DNA of 64,000 nucleotides from an uncultured bacterium (GTDB lineage Bacteria; Zixibacteria; MSB-5A5; GN15; FEB-12): NCBI GenBank assembly GCA_965372795.1, contig CBDVDR010000013.1, positions 37,145 to 101,144 of the forward strand, read 5' to 3'. Shown piece by piece: positions 59,783 to 64,000 of this stretch (position 1 is its first letter; each line of letters starts with the position of its first letter). The notes under the pieces were generated by a model. It saw only the letters and a program-made list of their open reading frames with translations, ran no database searches and was not told where the DNA came from. The position numbers and the translations under genes were made by a program.

Positions 59783-60567
59783 TATTTTAATACTCCCCTT
59801 AATGTAATCACCGCTTGTCCCCCAAGAATCACCCGATCGCCTTTCATCTCAAGTCTCACCTCGCCGCCCCGACTTGAAGCTTGATAGGCAAACAGATTTT
59901 CTTTACCAAGCTTCTTACTCCAATAAGGAGCCAGCACACAATGGGCAGAGCCTGTTACCGGATCCTCATTGATCCCAAAAGCAGGAGCGAAAAATCGCGA
60001 AATAAAATCAAATTTACTTTTGGCTTTAGCAGTCACAATCACGCCCCGCGCCTCGCATTTTGCCAGTGCGGTAAAATCCGGCTCAAGTTTCTTGATCTCA
60101 TCTTCTGAATCAACTTCCACCAAAAGATCAAATTTTGATTTATATATATTTGTTGAGTCCACTCCTAAAGCCTCAAGCAGCCCTTCCGGAGCAATACACC
60201 TTTCAGGAGGAAGCGCCGGAAAATCCAAATATATTAATTCTTCATCCCTGCTGACTTTCAACTCACCGCTTCGGGTGTGGAACGATATTGTAGTATCTTT
60301 TGAAACATGTTTATCCAAAAACAGAACATGCGCCGTAGCCAAAGTTGCGTGACCGCACAGGTCAACTTCCGCCACCGGAGTAAACCAGCGCAGATCATAT
60401 CCATTCTCAACCGGATACAAAAACGCGGTCTCGGACAAATTCATCTCAAGGGCAACATCCTGCATCCACTTTTCATCGGCGGCTTTTTCAAGAATACAAA
60501 CTGCGGCAGGGTTGCCTTTAAATTTTTCTTTGGTAAATGCATCGACTTGAATAATTGATTGTTCCAT
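59782..60567 (-). CDS. PhzF family epimerase/isomerase
   Basis: GNPAAV, LSETAF, EVDLCGHATLA, EDPVTGSAH. Confidence 0.93.
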   Translation of the reverse strand: MEQSIIQVDAFTKEKFKGNPAAVCILEKAADEKWMQDVALEMNLSETAFLYPVENGYDLRWFTPVAEVDLCGHATLATAHVLFLDKHVSKDTTISFHTRSGELKVSRDEELIYLDFPALPPERCIAPEGLLEALGVDSTNIYKSKFDLLVEVDSEDEIKKLEPDFTALAKCEARGVIVTAKAKSKFDFISRFFAPAFGINEDPVTGSAHCVLAPYWSKKLGKENLFAYQASSRGGEVRLEMKGDRVILGGQAVITLRGVLK

Positions 60568-60586
60568 ATCGCACCTCTATTTTAAA

Positions 60587-61513
60587 TTACGAAATGAATA
60601 GCATCGCCACTCCGACCACTGCGATTACAGCTCCGATAAATGCGCGCGGAGAAACTTTCTCTTTATAGTACCATAAAATTATAGGAATAATCATTACCGG
60701 TGTCATCGAATTCAAGGTTGCCGCAATGCCGGTCTCGATATATTTTACTGCCACAAGTGACATCCATACTCCCAAAAACGGTCCGCAAACTGCACCCGCC
60801 GCCGAGAAATTGACCGCTTTCAAATCTTTCATTGACTTAAACACCGCCGGCAGTTGTCCCCGTATTCCTGAAATTAGCCAAATCACAACCAGCGATACAA
60901 TCATCCGCACAAAAGATGCTTCCAACGGCTCAATGGTTCCGCCCGCATCGAACATCCCTTTCTTTGCCAGCACCAATCCGGCTGCCTGACCAAACGCAGC
61001 AATGAGGGCATAGATTACACCCTTGCGAAGTGACCCTTTATCGGGATGGTCATCATTGAGCATGTTTTTATTGGCGCGGTTTTTCCGTTCAAAGACTACC
61101 CAGCTGATTCCTGAAAGGGTTACGACAATTCCGAGAATACTAAAAAATCCGAGCTTTTCTGATAACATAAACCAGGCGATTAAAACGGTCATTATCGGTG
61201 CGCTTGAGTAGACCAATGTGGCAAGGCGCGGACCGATCATCACCAGCGCTTTAAATCCGGCACTATCGCCGATTACCAAACCGATTATTCCGGAGATTCC
61301 GAGCCAGAGGAATTGTTCAAAATTGATATTGGTTGGAAAAATTTGTCCGGTGGAGGCGTACATGACGATCATATAGATAATACAGGCGATTAACAGCCTG
61401 ATTTTATTGACGAAGAACGACCCGATTCTTTTTCCGGCTTCGGAGAAAAAGACTGAGGTTAATGCCCATAAAACGGCTGTGGCTAATCCGGCAAATTCAC
61501 CTATATACAACAT
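60587..61513 (-). CDS. DMT/EamA family transporter
   Basis: About 10 TM in two EamA-like halves. Confidence 0.88.
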   Translation of the reverse strand: MLYIGEFAGLATAVLWALTSVFFSEAGKRIGSFFVNKIRLLIACIIYMIVMYASTGQIFPTNINFEQFLWLGISGIIGLVIGDSAGFKALVMIGPRLATLVYSSAPIMTVLIAWFMLSEKLGFFSILGIVVTLSGISWVVFERKNRANKNMLNDDHPDKGSLRKGVIYALIAAFGQAAGLVLAKKGMFDAGGTIEPLEASFVRMIVSLVVIWLISGIRGQLPAVFKSMKDLKAVNFSAAGAVCGPFLGVWMSLVAVKYIETGIAATLNSMTPVMIIPIILWYYKEKVSPRAFIGAVIAVVGVAMLFIS

Positions 61514-61639
61514 TTGGGGAATATAGGCTTTTAAAATCTAAGCGCAAGCGTAGCATGGTGTGTTCGATATACATGGAAATTTCAAGTTCTGTTGGGTCCT
61601 GATTTGCAGAAGGCAAATTGTGACCCGACAGATGAATTG

Positions 61640-61818
61640 GTGGGCGGCAGAGCTCAACCACACCTAGTGTGCTCGTCTGCCCCTTTTCTCGCAATGTCAT
61701 TCCTGCGAAAGCAGGAATCCAGATATTCTCTTGAGTAGGTCAGTCCGCCAAGGCGGATGCGCTCCTGACATTTTTTTATTTGGTTCTAACCGAAGGGAAA
61801 AACCAGCCATCTTCTATT
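61640..61818. repeat. REP-like cluster
   Basis: GTGGGCGGCAGA..TCTGCCC, TGTCATTCCTGCGAAAGCAGGAATCCAG (61695-61722), GTAGGTCAG..CTCCTGAC, GGTTCTAACCGAAGGGAAAAACC. Confidence 0.75.
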
Positions 61819-61911
61819 TTTTAAGATTGAACATATATCAATTTGTAGTTGATATTATCTACGATTCATTTTATAATAACAATTAATAGAACAATTAACT
61901 CAGGGGATATT

Positions 61912-62481
61912 ATGATTCATCGTTTAATGATCCTATGCTTACTATTTCTTTTATCAGGTTGTAGTACACCAAACCTTTGGGTTGCTTCTCATATAAATAA
62001 AGATTATAAATTTCGAAAAAAAGAAAAAATAATAATTACATTGGATAATAACCATACAGAAAAAGAAAAAGAATATTTTCAAATTCTTGCCCGGGTAATG
62101 GAAGAAAATGGTTTTCAAATAGTCGACAGTATAAAATATGCAGATCGAATGCTTATGTTAAATGTTTTTGATAGTGTTAAATCTTCAAATACTTCTTCAA
62201 TCAGTCAGCAAAGTGCTGTTCGTATGAAAAACGGGAAACCTGAGTTTGTCCCTTATGGAGGAACATCTATAAAGTCTGCTGAGGAATATCATACTATGCT
62301 AAAACTCAAAATGGTCGACCTGACACAATACCGTGTGGATAAACAAATGCCGTTAATGTGGGAAGCTGTTCTTAGCTCTCCACATGAGAAAATATCCAAC
62401 AATCCAGAAATCGCATTTTCAGTTTTGCTTAAACAGTACGGTAAAAATAAAGTTTACAATGGAAAGTTCCCAAAGAGATAA
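61912..62481 (+). CDS. Lipoprotein, hypothetical (start revised to ATG 61912)
   Basis: GGGG RBS, LLSGC lipobox. Confidence 0.65.
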   Translation: MIHRLMILCLLFLLSGCSTPNLWVASHINKDYKFRKKEKIIITLDNNHTEKEKEYFQILARVMEENGFQIVDSIKYADRMLMLNVFDSVKSSNTSSISQQSAVRMKNGKPEFVPYGGTSIKSAEEYHTMLKLKMVDLTQYRVDKQMPLMWEAVLSSPHEKISNNPEIAFSVLLKQYGKNKVYNGKFPKR

Positions 62482-62486
62482 GTAGT

Positions 62487-62628
62487 TTCTTTTGAGTAGG
62501 TCAGTCCGCCAAGGCGAATGTGCTCCTGAAAATTTTGGCAGCATCACAGGGATGCTGCCCTACTTAAACTAGCTGAGTGATTCGTAGGTCGGGTTCTGAC
62601 CGAAAGGGAAAAACCCGACATGTTTTAT
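62487..62628. repeat. REP-like cluster, directly repeating 61726-61818
   Basis: GTAGGTCAGTCCGCCAAGGCG..GCTCCTGA, GGCAGCATC/GATGCTGCCCTAC, GTAGGTCGGGTT..AACCCGAC. Confidence 0.75.
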
Positions 62629-62633
62629 TCTGT

Positions 62634-63932
62634 CTAATATCTCTTAAATTTTCTCTTAAATGCAATAACAATAAATGTAATAAACAAAATTGATAGAATT
62701 CGCTCTGCTATAAATAATAGATTCCAAGATGAATCATATTCTCCTTTATCACAAAAATTCTTACCATTGTCAAAACTAATAAGATTCATCAAATTGTGGG
62801 TAAAATCGTTTCTCCAAACTTCCCATCCATTTGGAAAATAATAAGAATTTGTGGTAAAATCTAAACTATTCTCACCCATATAATACATCATTAACAATGG
62901 TACACTTATAATCATAACTCCAAACCAGATTATTGGTTTCCAAAAACTTTCTCCATAGTTTGACAATAATCTATAACAATTGTAAATATTTATGTTTCTT
63001 AGAAACCATTTTTTAATATGTTCCGTTTTATTGTTACTATTAGTTACAAATTTAGTTCTCTCTAGCTCCATCGCACGACAATGCAACTCGCCTGAAATAA
63101 AATATTTTTTTTGATTGTCAAAAAGCTTTGTTAATGACTTATATGTTTCACTTACAAGTTTAAATTCATTTAATATTGCCAAACTATCAAAACTTCTCTT
63201 CATATCTCTAAGATGAATTGATTCATCACATAAAATATATTCTCTTTTATTAAAATTTCTTACTTGGAGTGTATCAATACTTAATATATTTGCCCCTCTT
63301 AATGAGATCATATTAAAAGAAATAATCTTTATGGTAACCTGAGAAGGAGATTCAAAAACAACACCATGAAAATCCAAATGATAATCCTGATTTGGCAATT
63401 GGATTGAAATTGAATTTCTATCGAATATTAATGCTTTAGAAAACTGACAATAACTAAAATCTACATGAAGAAGTTCATTTGCTACTATATCAACTGAATC
63501 AAGGAATTTAGAGTTAGAAAAATTGATAGCTTCTTCAAATTTACATTTCTTAATTGTGAGACTTGAATTAAAGGTCGAATGAGTAAGATCTACATTGTCG
63601 TAGAAAATACATTTTGTTAAAATTGTTTCCTCACTAAAAATAATGTTATTTGGGAAAACAAATTCATATGGGAAAATGGCATTAGTGAAATCATTGTAAA
63701 TATTACTTTCAATTGTATGAATAATTTCTTTTCTAAATAAATCTACATTCTTATTTTTATTATCTAAATGAAGAATACACTTTCCATCACTAATTATATT
63801 TCGGTTGCATAGTTTATTGTTATTCATCTTAACTTGACAAGTTTTTGCTTCTGTGGCTCCTGTTTTTTTGAGATGTTCTTCTATAAATCCCCGATCTTTA
63901 CTCTTCTCTTCTTCAATTTTTTGATATTTCAA
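62634..63932 (-). CDS. Pentapeptide-repeat-like protein with C-terminal membrane segments
   Basis: CILH, repeated xFxxxxF (DFTNAIF, NFSNSKF, DFSYCQF), SNYGESFWKP followed by TM helices. Confidence 0.7.
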   Translation of the reverse strand: MKYQKIEEEKSKDRGFIEEHLKKTGATEAKTCQVKMNNNKLCNRNIISDGKCILHLDNKNKNVDLFRKEIIHTIESNIYNDFTNAIFPYEFVFPNNIIFSEETILTKCIFYDNVDLTHSTFNSSLTIKKCKFEEAINFSNSKFLDSVDIVANELLHVDFSYCQFSKALIFDRNSISIQLPNQDYHLDFHGVVFESPSQVTIKIISFNMISLRGANILSIDTLQVRNFNKREYILCDESIHLRDMKRSFDSLAILNEFKLVSETYKSLTKLFDNQKKYFISGELHCRAMELERTKFVTNSNNKTEHIKKWFLRNINIYNCYRLLSNYGESFWKPIIWFGVMIISVPLLMMYYMGENSLDFTTNSYYFPNGWEVWRNDFTHNLMNLISFDNGKNFCDKGEYDSSWNLLFIAERILSILFITFIVIAFKRKFKRY

Positions 63933-64000
63933 TTTATGTTCATTTATTATTTTATCAATATTAGCAAAATTTCCTTTATTTGCTTTAACAGCTAACGAAC

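Overview
AT-rich window from a diderm bacterium (gmhA, lptB, O-antigen ligase and rpoN present). The gene content is compatible with an FCB-related candidate lineage such as Zixibacteria, but this is inference only. Most of 15.4-64 kb is core or near-core: tadA, hemW, lepB, recX, alaS, GGGP synthase, gmhA, tmk, ino1, obgE, dprA, ptsH, ptsI, pgi/pmi, lptB-rpoN-hpf. Three things stand out. (1) At 45.0-48.25 kb a small secreted protein gene sits 2 nt upstream of a TPR-sigma54 enhancer-binding protein gene, followed by two tandem candidate sRNAs. Each has its own sigma54 -24/-12 match, anti-Shine-Dalgarno-like segments and terminator. This resembles a peptide-sensing circuit combining RRNPP-like input with LuxO/Qrr-like output. 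(2) At 3.0-15.4 kb, tRNA-Ser(CGA) is followed by two tandem cassettes with conserved left and right ends and tRNA 3' fragments, unrelated cargo and no integrase. (3) One cassette carries a putative beta-pore-former, a kinase-like protein and an Rhs protein with a permuted papain-like tip and no downstream immunity gene. Also present: a family of ~19-nt covarying mini-hairpin repeats, REP-like clusters, a frameshifted outer-membrane protein gene and a structured RNA candidate upstream of hpf.
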